A DNA stretch of 64,000 nt from Yuukianura sp. NJ FZ-2021 (taxonomy: Eukaryota): the NCBI GenBank assembly GCA_046563655.1, contig CM102288.1, positions 3,534,001 to 3,598,000 of the forward strand. The letters run 5' to 3'. Each line of letters opens with the position of its first letter. Position 1 is the first letter of the stretch. The position numbers were made by a program, and so were the translations under genes. A model generated the notes under the pieces. That model did no database searches. It was not told where the DNA came from and was given only the letters and a program-made list of their open reading frames with translations. Positions 1 through 12,200 of the stretch are shown here, one piece after another.

Positions 1-3000
1 GATTTCTAATCAAACATGACCAGCGATTGTCATCCCGAATAAGATTGAATCAGAATTCTCTGTTGAGGTTGATCGAAGTTGTAGAAGGGACGATTGTGGC
101 GGAGATGACAGTATTCGTAGATAATGTTGTTGTCAAGCAAAATTCCAGCTGACCTACAAATTCAGTAATCATGTGTAAGTAATCAATGACAGAAAAGTAT
201 GACCACAGTAATAAATAACCACATTAATACTTGATATCGACATCTGACTTAAAATGTTTATGAAAAAATTTCTTTTACCTTGCTAAATTCAGATACTAGT
301 ACATCCAATCTTTCTTCCAAATGTAGTGCAGAATTCAGTAGTCATTCGGTTAGTGAATTATAGTAGTTGAAGATCTCGTGCTTCCTGATCCAAGAAGAAC
401 TGATTGATCTCATGGAATCTCTCCTTTTGCTGCTATTCTTGAGTTTCCAAGTTCGTCAGATCCGAAGTATCGTACCGTGTTTTCGCAGTGTTTGTTTGGT
501 CTTCTACCTCTATTTTTTTTCAAAGAGCGAAAAACGAGAGGCAAAGAACAAAGGATATGGGAGTTGAAGGTAGTCCGCTGGCTGAGATCTCCAACAAGTT
601 TGAGTTTATGAAAGTTAGCATGCACAACTTTTACACGACACAAGTGATTTTAACCAAATTCTTATCATATCATGCGTTTTTGGTGTACAGCATTACAATA
701 CTTACTATTTGTTATTTTATTTTCATAAGATGAATAATTTATTTTTAAATAGCTACCTATTTTCAATTTACTTTTATAACATAAATAACAAATACATCAC
801 ACCATAAGAAGTGGGAATTTAACAACGAATTTGACGTAAAGCGCTTAGTAAACAATTTTCTGCAACGTTAAGGAAAACAAAGTGTAGTACTTACGATAAG
901 TGTATTTATATTTGTTTTAACTTTATATTTATTTTATTAACATTAATATATATTGAATATGATGCATTAGTATAGCAATCAACTTCTATTGGCTGGTTGA
1001 GCAATTTAAGAAGTATTACAATATCTAGAGGTTGTATATTTCGTATTATATACATGTAAAAAAGCGAAACCAGTTACTTTTTAACATTTCTAAACCTAAT
1101 TTTTGGAAACTGTGCTATATTTACGCACTGTAAAACTTATTCCGGTAAGCCTTCAGCAGTATACTTTATATTTTGGTCACTAGATGGGCTATGTGTTTGT
1201 ATATTTTTGAAGTTGGGAGGAATGGGGAGGTGGAGGGGGTGTGTGCGTGTTGCGTCTGCTCTGGAACTTCCCTTCCTCCCCTCTCCGAGTGTCTGGACTG
1301 TGTGAGAGTCCAATGGGAATTGCATAGGAAGAGGACCAGCAGGAACTTATTTACAAGAACAAGGCCCCCAGGCTCTCTCAACAACAACTCCTTTATCTCA
1401 ATTTATCTAACCATAGTCCAAAGTATCTCTCAACAAAATAAACAATTGATTCATACCTCAACCAACAACGTAACAGAAAAGTGACCAGTGACCCAGGGGT
1501 CAGATCCACATTCAGCCTAAGGACTATTCACAATCATCATTCAGCCACAAAGGTATTGAGGCTTGACTCATCTTTAACAAAGTGGAGAACAAAACAAAGG
1601 TTTTCTGTTTCACTCAAGCCCAGAGGTCAACCAACACTTAGCAAACTGGGACCCTGGAGCCCTACCGCCGTTTACGGTAAGTGACACTTTTTAAGTATCT
1701 CGGGTTTGAATGTTTACGTATCGTAGTTACTCTAGTAATCTAAGCATGAATGCAGATGACTGGTATACCGTTATCCAGATTGGACCGAATAGGGTATCGG
1801 ACAAGGTCGGGTGACGTTGAAACATAACTGCGAGGGCAATGAATGACGTAAGGTAAATAGTGTCCGGTTATTCCGAATTTCCAGACCGTGGAGTTGTCAT
1901 TTCAATTGATTTTGTTTTTAACTAACTTGACCCCAGCCGGCCGAAGATGTGTCTTTGTTTTAATACGTTATGTTTAAGTTATGCCTGTACAAGCGGTTTA
2001 AATTAATTCCTGGACATGACTAGTCTGTTGTTGATGTTCATCTTGTGTCATAGGACGATCATGACTAATTACTATTCGTTCCGTTCTATTTTTGTTAGTA
2101 GAACTTACTACATTTCAGTTGGATGATGGAACATGCGCCTTTTGTATTTCAATTTTTAGTAAGTTGGGCCGGGTCGGTCGTCAAACGAAAAAAGACAATG
2201 ACATTAATTTTTATTAGGCTAAATTGACTTGGACATTTAGTGTCTATTGTTAATTAACTGGTTGATCATAAAGTTCTCAGTATTCCAATTTCGTTTTTGC
2301 TTCATCATGTCCACGCCATGTAATGCTGGCAGTATATGCTGGCTATCTCGCTCCCTTCATCTCTGACATTTTCCTTTGAGTTTCCTCATGGGGTTGTCCT
2401 TATCCCTTTTTCCTTTAAACTTGATTTTTCAATGTCTCTATTGTGGTTGACCTTTGAAGGGGACTTCAACTTGAAGTTTTCAAGGGTACACTCCTTTGGT
2501 CCCTTTGTCCTTGTGTCAGGTCAACTGAAGAAGATGGACACTTTGAGGATTGATATCTGAAGAAGCTACCGGCTTCAAGACTATAAGGCCTAACCATTGT
2601 CCAGACTCCAGTCCATGTCTTAACCCAGAGGGCATGTGGGAAGCATAGTATTTACTTGGTTGATTTCAATCTCTGTGCTAAAAATCAAGGCATAACTGGT
2701 TAGTCAAGTTCATTTTTTTCTCATGACATGGACAGTACTTTACATAATCAGTGATTGTGTATATTTGGTTCTCAATTTACTACATTTAGTGATTTTTAAG
2801 AAAACCAGGGTCGAAGTGGTATCAGGTCAGCTAATATAGTACACTAATGTAAGCGTATGTTTTTGCATTGATAATTTCTGGTTCAACTTTCCAGTTGTAG
2901 TAATCTGCACAACTCCAGTTTTTTATCTAAACACATCCAGTGCCTTGTGCTGCCTGCCAGATCTTGCCAAAATTGCAACAGCATTAACCAGAAACTCGCA

Positions 3001-6000
3001 CGTACGCCGTCTGTCGCTTGCTTCAAAGTTTAACAGTCAAAATTTGCACATTTTTTGCGTGCAGAAATTGTTCTAACACTTTTTAACTAAGATTCAGTAT
3101 CCGTTTCCCTTGTTTGCCAATTCTATCTTAGTTTTTTGGATTTTTTTTTCTGTGTAGTGTGTGTAAAACGTTGCAAAAAAGAAGAGCATTGATCCTGTTG
3201 CGTCACTATGCAAAATTTGGCGAACGATAAGGATGAAGCAGCACTCCATTGTTATCAATTTTGTTTGTCATTCCTAAATGCCCGTCAGAGATCTTCGTAA
3301 CATCGAGGAGTTAACAGAAAACAAAAAGCCATTTTACTGTAGATCGTAAACAAACTCACAATTGAAAAGAATACAGCAGTCTTTAATTGAAAAGTTCGGT
3401 TAACTATTGAAATTTGAAAATTGAAAAGTTAAGTTTTAAGTTTGGTGATTTTAGTTTTAAAGGTGGTGGCTAAAAACTGTTTAGTAAAAAGTGACAGTGG
3501 TAATGACTTTGAGTTTTGCAAATTTTGTGTAAATACAATCCTTGCTGTGCAGAAATTGAGGAAAGGAGTGCGAATTAGGAGCAAGGTGAGGAATTTTGCT
3601 TAACTTTTGCCACTTTTTCCTTGTTGGAAATTGAACAATGAGCATTTTTCCAAGGCAAAGGGCACGGGGATCTTCATTTTCCTTAGAGTAATTGTCTAAA
3701 AGTACACCATGGGTGAGAAGTTTTAAGTTTTCTATTGTTTTCTGATTAGGTTTAAATGAATAGTTAGTTAGATGGGCTATGATTCATGCTTTTTTGGTTG
3801 TTAGAAGGTTAGGCTGGTTGGTATTTGTTGAAGCATGAATATGTAGTCGTGTGTGTTTATGAGAGACGGAAGAGGATGAACAGCTGAAAAAATAAAATTT
3901 TGAAGCTTATTTTACAATTTACAAATTTTGCTTTTTGTGTGCTTGTAAATACTAATTTCCTTCCGCTATTTTGCGAAATTGAAAACGGATGAGCGAGAAA
4001 TTGTAAAAATTGAATTTGCTTTGTTTTTGTGCTTTTGAAACCTTTAACGAAGCATGAAGAGCCTTGAACTTTTAGGAAAATGAGGAATTAAGAAGGTAAA
4101 GGACAAAGGAAGTGAGTGGAGTACTTAACAATGGATTTTACACTTAAGGGCCCTTAACGAGAAGTTTCAAGGACCAAAAATACAAGTACCCGGTTTGAGG
4201 TTATTCAACTTTTTTTTTGAAAAATCCAAACCGTTTTGTACAAAAATTTGAACAGTTTAGATTGAACTACAGAGAAGTTTGTAGATCGAAACGATTTGAA
4301 CTGATTTACAAATTACAGGAAGTGGAGTGATTTTGAGCGTCATATTCCGGGATTTAGGGTAATTGATTTTTTTTTTGAAAAATTTGTTTTTGCTAATGAT
4401 TTGGTAAATGTAATTAAGCGCTAAGAGGATTGTGTTTCTGTGTATACACTTTTGCGGTTTCTATTTCAAACAAGGAAGTTGAGATTTTGTAATTTGGAAA
4501 CTGGAACATGAGATTCAGAATTTAATCTAAAAAGTAGTTCGGTTTTTTTTGTGGTGTGTTACGAGCTGTTTCGGAAGCAAATAGATAGAAGGAGGCGTCG
4601 TTGGATTCGGCTTTCGCTTTTTAGTTTCTTGTGTGCCAAAAACGTGCGCAGGAGAGGACGAAAATGAGGTTGGTTTTTGGTTGGTACTTTGTGGGGGAAA
4701 GAGAGGGAAGCAGCAGGGAAAGTACTTTGGAGATGATGGAATTTTGAATTACAAAGAGTTGCTAAAATGTTGCAAAATTTTAGTCAAAGGAAAGGATGCG
4801 GCTTTTTAGTTTGGAAAATGTAGAGGACTGTGGAATGGAAGAAGGAAAAAAGTGAAATGTAGTTTTTAGTTTGTGTTTTTTGACTAAAGTGCGACTGTCT
4901 GCCACTTTTGACTTACTTGGTTCACCTCATCTTTCAAGTTTATTTTGGTCGACTATGGTTTTGTAGCGGCTAAATTGAAGAAACAAGAAACATGAAGTGA
5001 AGTTTTGTATTACAAATTTCCTGGTTTTTGTTCTTTGCCAATTTTTTTGAGTAGAGACTGCCAGGATTCAGAAACTTTGAAAAGCAGATTAAGTTTGGAG
5101 ACTTGAAAATTTTGGGCTCTCGGATTTGAATTTTGTGAAGTTTGTGCCTGGGCTGGAATTGATTTTGAATTTTTCTGGTGTGCTGCTGAATCAGGCGAAA
5201 AGTGAGGGTGGCAGAGGAAGGGGTTGAAATGGTTTGTTGTGAATTTGATTATTAAAAACCGGTTTTTTGGCGGAACAGAGCGAAGTGGAAGCATGCGGTA
5301 GTAAGTAGTTGGGTTTAGTGCGGCTGTTTTTATGATTTGAAGTGAAAGTGGAGGGAGTGGAAAGTATTTTCCATGGAGTGTAATGGAGTTTCGGGTTTTG
5401 GGAGAGGGAGAAAGTAAAAAAGTAAAAGTAGTTAGGCCTGTGCGATCAATAGAAGACGAGAATCCGAACGCTCGATGTGCTCGAATGTTCCGAACAAAAC
5501 GGTGAGGGACCTTGGAGCTTTCTTCCAGTTCGCCTCAAGAAAAAGGAGCGGAAGGAGCGAAGAGAAAATGCAACTTTCTCCACCCTCCCGCCCTATAGGC
5601 TACGCTGAAAGACTAAGTTTAGTGCTAAACCTATGCTAGGCTGTGCGGAGTCTCGCCAACGTAGGGAAAGTGCAGTGCTTTCATTGGATTTTGAAAAGAA
5701 GAGTGGCGCTCCGAGAGGCTGTTTCTCGAAGCCACCAAAGCTCAATTAAGGATATAAGTGAAAGTAGGAATTAAATATTTAAAAAGCTAAGTATTAAGAA
5801 GAGAAAGTGGGAGGCTGAGTGCTGAAAGTGAAATCCGTCTAACTACTGCGAATTTGTTTTTACAACGAAAAAAGTGCATCGAAGAAAGCAAAAAGTTGAA
5901 GGTATTTTGTATTTTTAGGAAACGTCGGTTAGAAGTTTTCAGTCTTTGTTGATTTTTTGCCGACATTTTTGGAAGATTTGTGAGGTTTTTGGCAAAAAGA

Positions 6001-6207
6001 GTTCAGCTTAGGTGTTGAGTTGCGTAATTTTCGGTAATCGATTTTTTTTCCTCGGAAAAAATCGAATTTGAAAGTGATGATTTTTGGAAAGAAGTTGGAA
6101 CTAGTAGACGAAAATTTGTCGAAAGTTTGGAATATTTTAGAAGGTTTTTGGATGTTGAGCTGAAAATTGTTCAGTTTTTTGGCAACGGCCTCTACCACCC
6201 AGTGCCA

Positions 6208-9200
6208 ATGGTCGTCGTCATAAGTCTCCAAAACCATCATGGACTCTTGAATTGTAACAATCGAACTACTAATCGCCCCACCACTGGCCCCGCCAATCGT
6301 CTCTTTCCAGTGTCTAACGTCTTCCAGCCCCACCATCAGTACGTTCATCTCCAGTGCTCACCACACTCGAACCCACCGCTCCTCTGTCTCCTCTGCTCAA
6401 GACCACTGAATCATCAAGGGAATGGTGGGTCAAGAGCCACCTCACCACCATTGGTTGTCTGCCTCTCCTGTGCTCGGTGGCTCGACTTTCACCACCAACA
6501 GCAACGGCAATTGAACTTTCACCACCAAAGTGGGTGGCTCCAATTACAGCACCCACCGAACTCACTCCGTCTCTCTACACTTGTCTGGTCCTGCCAAAAT
6601 CAATTACTGGCACATCAAAGGTTAATTAATCAAAGCTACTTTTTTCAAATTTAGATTGAATGTGGGAAAGTTTTGTGATGTTAGTTTCAAAAATGAGGGA
6701 GAAGGTGAGGAGTGAAAGTCGGCGTGCGAGCACCGTGACCGCACCGAATAGAAGCCGACGCGACGCGGTGCGGTCGATGGTGAAAGTCACGTGCTCGATC
6801 CTGGTTTTCTCAGTTTTACATTTTAGTTGGTACATTTTTATGATATGGTTGGGGTTTTTTGATGTTTTTAAAATTTTGTGGTTTGTGGAGGAATTGGAAT
6901 TGCGGTGGATTGCCCCTCTGGTGTGAAAAATGGTTTGGCCTTATGGAATTTGCTTGATATTGACCGCGATTGTGGTAATCGGACTTTGACTTTTATCCAT
7001 TTGTTGCTATTTTGTTTATTGTGGTTTTGTTTTGTGGAAAAAGTTGGTTGTCCGATGATGCACGAGTTTTAGAATTTTGATTACCCTGGCCATTGTACTT
7101 GAAACGGTTTTGCAGACGTAATTCGATTTAGTTTCGTATTGATTTTAGATTGCGGAATTGCAATAAAGGATTCAATTTGTGTTTTTGTTTTATTTGTGAC
7201 TCCTTTTGTTGATGTTTTTTGGGAGTGATAATGAAATGAGATCATAATTTTTCGTTTTTTTTATACTAAATTCGGTGCATATTGCTTGATTTTTGATGAA
7301 GTTTTGTTGTTGGTAGGATTTTTGGGTGTTGTTTTTTGAAGATAAGTTAGGATGTTGAGAGTACTTTGGTCTAATCAATCCGATCAGATTTAATTAAGCA
7401 TAGTAATAGCAAATATTCCAATTGAGCATTAGTTAGTTACAGTTGGATTTCCTGGACTATTGGGTTTGTTGGGACGAATTATGAACAGGTTTAGTTCAAG
7501 TTTTGATTTTTGTAAAGTCAGACCAAGACCTGTCTTCTGTGGAATTTTATTTTTTGGAGTTTATGGTTGTGGGGATCGTGAGACTTTTCGAAAAAAAAAA
7601 ATTTACGCTGTTCGTAGGCTGGAATACTTTTTTCTTGTTTTGCAATACAAAATTGAAGTTTGTGTAGAAAAAAACTATAAAGTTGTTGTTCAAGAATTGA
7701 TTTAACTGGAATCGTTAGTGGCCGTCGGCAGTGGAATTTTTACATAGTTGTTTGGTAAGAGTTAGATAATAACTTTATTTAAACAATTTTCTGAAAATTT
7801 TGAATTTTGAAACGATATTTTGTGTCGTGTTTTGACAATTGGGCTTAAGAAGGTACATAGTCGAAAGTTTAGTACGAAGTTAAATTTTAAAACTTGGGGT
7901 TTGTGTTTTTTTTAAATTATTACTGTATTTCCAGGTGTATTGCGTTTGCTGGAGCTGTTGCACAGTGGAAAATTTTTCCGAATTTTCAGACAACTTTTTT
8001 TTTTTTGATTGCGGTTTTTTAAAGAAATCCATTGATTATAAGCTATGTATATCCACTGTGTGTGGATTTGATAGAAACAAAAGTTAACACAAGCAGCCGC
8101 AGAGGAGTAGAATGGTGAAGAATTGCATTGTGTTTTGAAGTGTTCTGATAACCTCTAATGTTAATCGGTATTAAATTGCTTCAGCTGATGGGAAATTGGA
8201 AATGACCTTTTAGTGTAATCGACTGTTGACCTCTGCAAAGTGGATTTGGTCGTGCTTTGAATTTGGCTTTGGAAATTGGGAATTGTGGAATTTGAAATCA
8301 AAGTGGAGTGTATTTGTAGTTTTTTTTTTGTGTAAAGAATTGGACGTGTGTTGAAATTTTGTTTAAATTGGAGGTAGTGGTTAATTATGTTTTAATTTGA
8401 AGGAAAGGTTTCCCACGAGATGCTTATAGCGGAGTGGTGAATGCTGTATGTGCTGTGTATGTTGTCGTGGATTGGGCTTAAGTGGAGACTGAGGAGTTAT
8501 AAGATATTCCGATTGTTAAAGTCTTTCAAGGTCTTCAAAATACGAATCTTCTCTTCCTTGTAGACTGTTTCTTATGTAAAGTCCTTTGGAAGAGTCCTCT
8601 CATCTTATAATCCTATCTCTTCTCGAGTGAGAATTCTCTAAATTCATGACGTTCAATGCTCAAGTCTTGAATTTCAAAAAGATCAGTTTCATTCAGACTC
8701 GTGATGCAGGAGATGCGCTTGGTAACATGTCAAATCGTACGGAGAAAATGTTGCCGAGATTTTCTCCGAGCGAGCGGTTTGTTTGTTTAACTGAACCTTG
8801 AGAATTCAGCACAACGGATTTTGGAGTTTTACTGGATTGTGGACGAGAGTGCTGAATTTTTTTCAGTTTTAATCGAAATTTTAGTCTGCAGTGGTGCGTT
8901 GGGTACCGAACATTTTGTGATGGAATTGAGAGGATTTAGGGTATTTTAGATCTTTTGAGAGAAATTTTTGGATATGTTTAGAATTTACAAGAAGCTCTAT
9001 CGTGTTTATCCCAATATTCTTTTTCTATAGATTTCTATTTTGTTGTTCCGTTTATGTCACTTCCAGTTTACATTTTGCTGTGTTTTTTTAAAGTTGCATT
9101 TGTGAAAAGGAAATTGAGCGTGGTGATGAATTATATTGAGCATTTATTTCGAAGGAGGCTGTGTGTGGAAGGCTTTAGTTGAAGTAACTATGAGATGGGA

Positions 9201-12200
9201 AATTTTAGCAAGTGCAATTTTTCATGTATTTTGCTATTTTTTGCCTTTGTTCTTTTGAGAGTTGAGACCTTGAATTTGAACTTGATTTAATGAGACGAGT
9301 TAACGAAAGGAGAGTTTTTGCTAATGAAATTTTTAACTAGAGTCTCAGAGTTGGAAGAAATTTGTAAATTTATTAGTGTATTGTTGGTTAGGGTTTGGAC
9401 TGAAATTGGAAAAAAATAAAGTATTTCCTGGCTATTCGTGAATTGGATCTGGTGTAATTTAGTGTAAAGTTTTGAATTCATGTTCTGAATTTTTTTGATG
9501 AATTGAGTATTTGACAAGGCTTGTGACTTCCTGAATCATAATTGCAAAGTGCAGTGCTTTATGTTTTATGAAGTTTGGGATTGTTTGGTGAGTGATGGGG
9601 GTGTTTAGAGGTCGAGTCCTTTGATTGTGGTCAAGAGCACTGGGAGACTTTTGGTGACATTAAGAATTAATTGTAGGAGGAGGGTTAGCGTAATTATTGG
9701 CTAACTTTGGAAGTTAACTAACACAAAGGTAGTTAGCGTCAGTTGTTAATTCTTTGTCAAGTTCTGTTTGGTTTAGCATTTATAATTTTAGAGGGAAATT
9801 GTATAGAGAGGGAAGGCTAAGGTCAACTTGTGTTGTGATCATCATCATCCTCTCCTCAGCGAGTAGGAAATGTTGCAAATTTGTGCAAAAGTTATGATGA
9901 TTTGTATGTGGTGGCAGATGAAGAGGAGGGAAATGGATCCATTTAAGGCTACAAAGGAAAAGATGGTGCATCTCTTTTGGTTTATGTTCTTGGAAAAAAC
10001 GTAATTGTTGAGGATAATGGATGCAATGTGGTGAAGCATGCGCGGACAGGAGGTGACTTGCTTATGCTCACAAGTGATTCGAGTCACATGACCTTGTCAC
10101 TCGTTTTGGCAATTTGGCAACACAATTTTAGCTGTAGAGCTCTTTTTTTTTTGCTTTAGGTCACAAGTCAAGTCGGAAACGTGTGTTGCTTCAACGCCAT
10201 TTTTGGGAAAAAAAATTATGATGCAGCACGGGAAATTTTTTACTTTAGGTTCTCTTGCAAATTTTGCTAAAATTTTTTGAAGTTTTTGAATTTTTAATTT
10301 TGAGAATGAATTTTTGACTAAAAGTTCATGCTGATGTTTGAGTTTGTTTGGACGGGGAAGCTATGCTTTTGTCTCTCTGTTTTTGTTTAGATTTGTGAAA
10401 TTTTTTGCAGCTTTTTTAACTTTGATTTTGGAAAAAGCTGTGCATTCGATTCCAACCGACAGAATTTCGAGACAAAGAAAATTGTTGATGAAGCGTTGAC
10501 TGTTGATGAATTTGAGTTTTGTGCTTATGTTCCTCATGTTACGTGAATTTTTTTACCTGCTCGTTTTGCAATGATGGTTGTGAGCTTTTTATTCTTTTGT
10601 CTTCCTCAAAAAGTGAAAAAAAAATTTCAATGTCACAGACACTGAAGCATATACGAGGAGCCCAAATGGCAAATTCTGTGTGAGATTTGTTATGAGCAGT
10701 TGTGATTTCTGCATGTTGTGTGGTGAAGCTGGGAGGTGGTGAGGTAGTAACTTTTGCAATTTTTTGCAACACAAGCTAACTCTAGGAGAAAGAAAAAATC
10801 TATGAAAGGTCTGCTCTTGAAAATTTAGTTGTTTCTGGCAAGAGTTATTAGGAGGTTGGTTAGTTAGTTTTGTTAGTTTGTTAGTTGTTAGTGGGAAGTC
10901 TTTTGAAGTGGTTTGGTCTGGGGCCGTGAGAGAACAAATGAAGACTAAACGAACCTCTCAAGATAGTTTTCATGTGATCTTTCGTAATTAAAACTTGGTC
11001 GTGGTACTGGGTTACCCGCAACTTTTGTGGAAAACTCCGAGTCAGTTTCTATTCTAGTCAAAATTTTATGGACAAAGGCTCCCACTAAATGTCGAGTTTT
11101 CGGAAATAACTTTTTTGAAAAACTAAAAACTTTGGGAGATTTGAATCTCTGGAAACAAGAAACAACGGCTGACTTGTGCAACATTTTGGCTTTTTTGGAG
11201 GAAGGGGAAACGGGATAATTAAAACCCCGCTTTTACAAAAATAGAGCTTTTTGCAACGTTTTATGAAGGGGTGATATGCATCTAAGCAGCTGAGAGTTGG
11301 TGCAGTGCGAAGAATTTTCTGAGGGGAGAAACTTTTTGGATTGATTGCAGTGGTAGCTAGCAGCTTGTTTGGTTCCTGGACACGTTTTTTAGTGAGCGTT
11401 GAATTTGTAATCTTGATTGAGAAGTAGAATTTGCCTGTGGCCGTGGCGTGCTCAAGTGGGGACTTGTGAGGCCTTGGGACTTGGCAAAGGAAGGGAGTAA
11501 CTATAAAGACAGCACAAATAAGTCTCCATCTCTCCAGAGACTCCGTCTATTGTTCAAGTGTTGTGCATTTCCTGTGATAGAAACGACGAGCTTCTTTTGT
11601 TGTATGTATTTGTACTTTTTGTTTTGGACTTGAAAAGCGCGTGTCAAGCTGCCACTGTGCACGGCGGAATAACCGTGACGACGAGCGAAGGTGAGCGGGG
11701 ACTTCTGGGGGACATTGATATGTTCCATAAGGAATTGGACTTGAGAATGGTCTCGGAAGTTTCAGGAAAAAGTTTCCGGTAAGCGGAAGTTAAACCCAAA
11801 ATTGACACGAACTACAATTGTAAAAGTTAATCGCGATTTAGGATGAGCGCGGGGAAAGTTAAAGAATTGGCGGATTTTGACGCCATGTGACTTTCCCGAG
11901 TGTGCACTGCGCTTAAGACACTTGATTTGGGGATAATAGATAGTTTGTTGTTTTAGACGAAGTAGAGTTAAAGTTTTTGCAACTTGTTTGGTTTGTTGAG
12001 GAAGTGATTTTTATTTGAATTATTTTTTTTGAAATTTGGAAGATTCAATACAGCGATTTTGGTTAAGTCGTTTACTTTTGAGTGTATTTTTTTAATTAAG
12101 AAAATTTTTTGTGTTATCCTTGAGGCGGAATTGGTTTGTTGCCTTTTGAAGGCCTTGAAAAAGTTTTTATTTGAGTTTTTTCTAACATTTTTTTTTGTTT

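Noticed and set aside
1..660. Minus-strand protein-like fragments (…QQKERFHEINQFFLDQEARDLQLL…, LLNSALHLEERLDVLVSEFSK) with an apparent GT-AG intron at 154-278
   Set aside because: Every frame is interrupted by stops or frameshifts and no family was recognised. It may be a pseudogene or TE relic, but I cannot support a call.
1137..2900. Several 60-100 aa ORFs and plus-strand splice-like sites (donors ~1677, ~1852)
   Set aside because: No phase-consistent coding model and no recognisable motif; could be lncRNA or decayed repeat.
8540..8790. Compositionally distinct exon-like patch in the gus intron with a 47-codon ORF
   Set aside because: The candidate donors are not in the phase needed for the 13244 acceptor; at most a non-coding exon.
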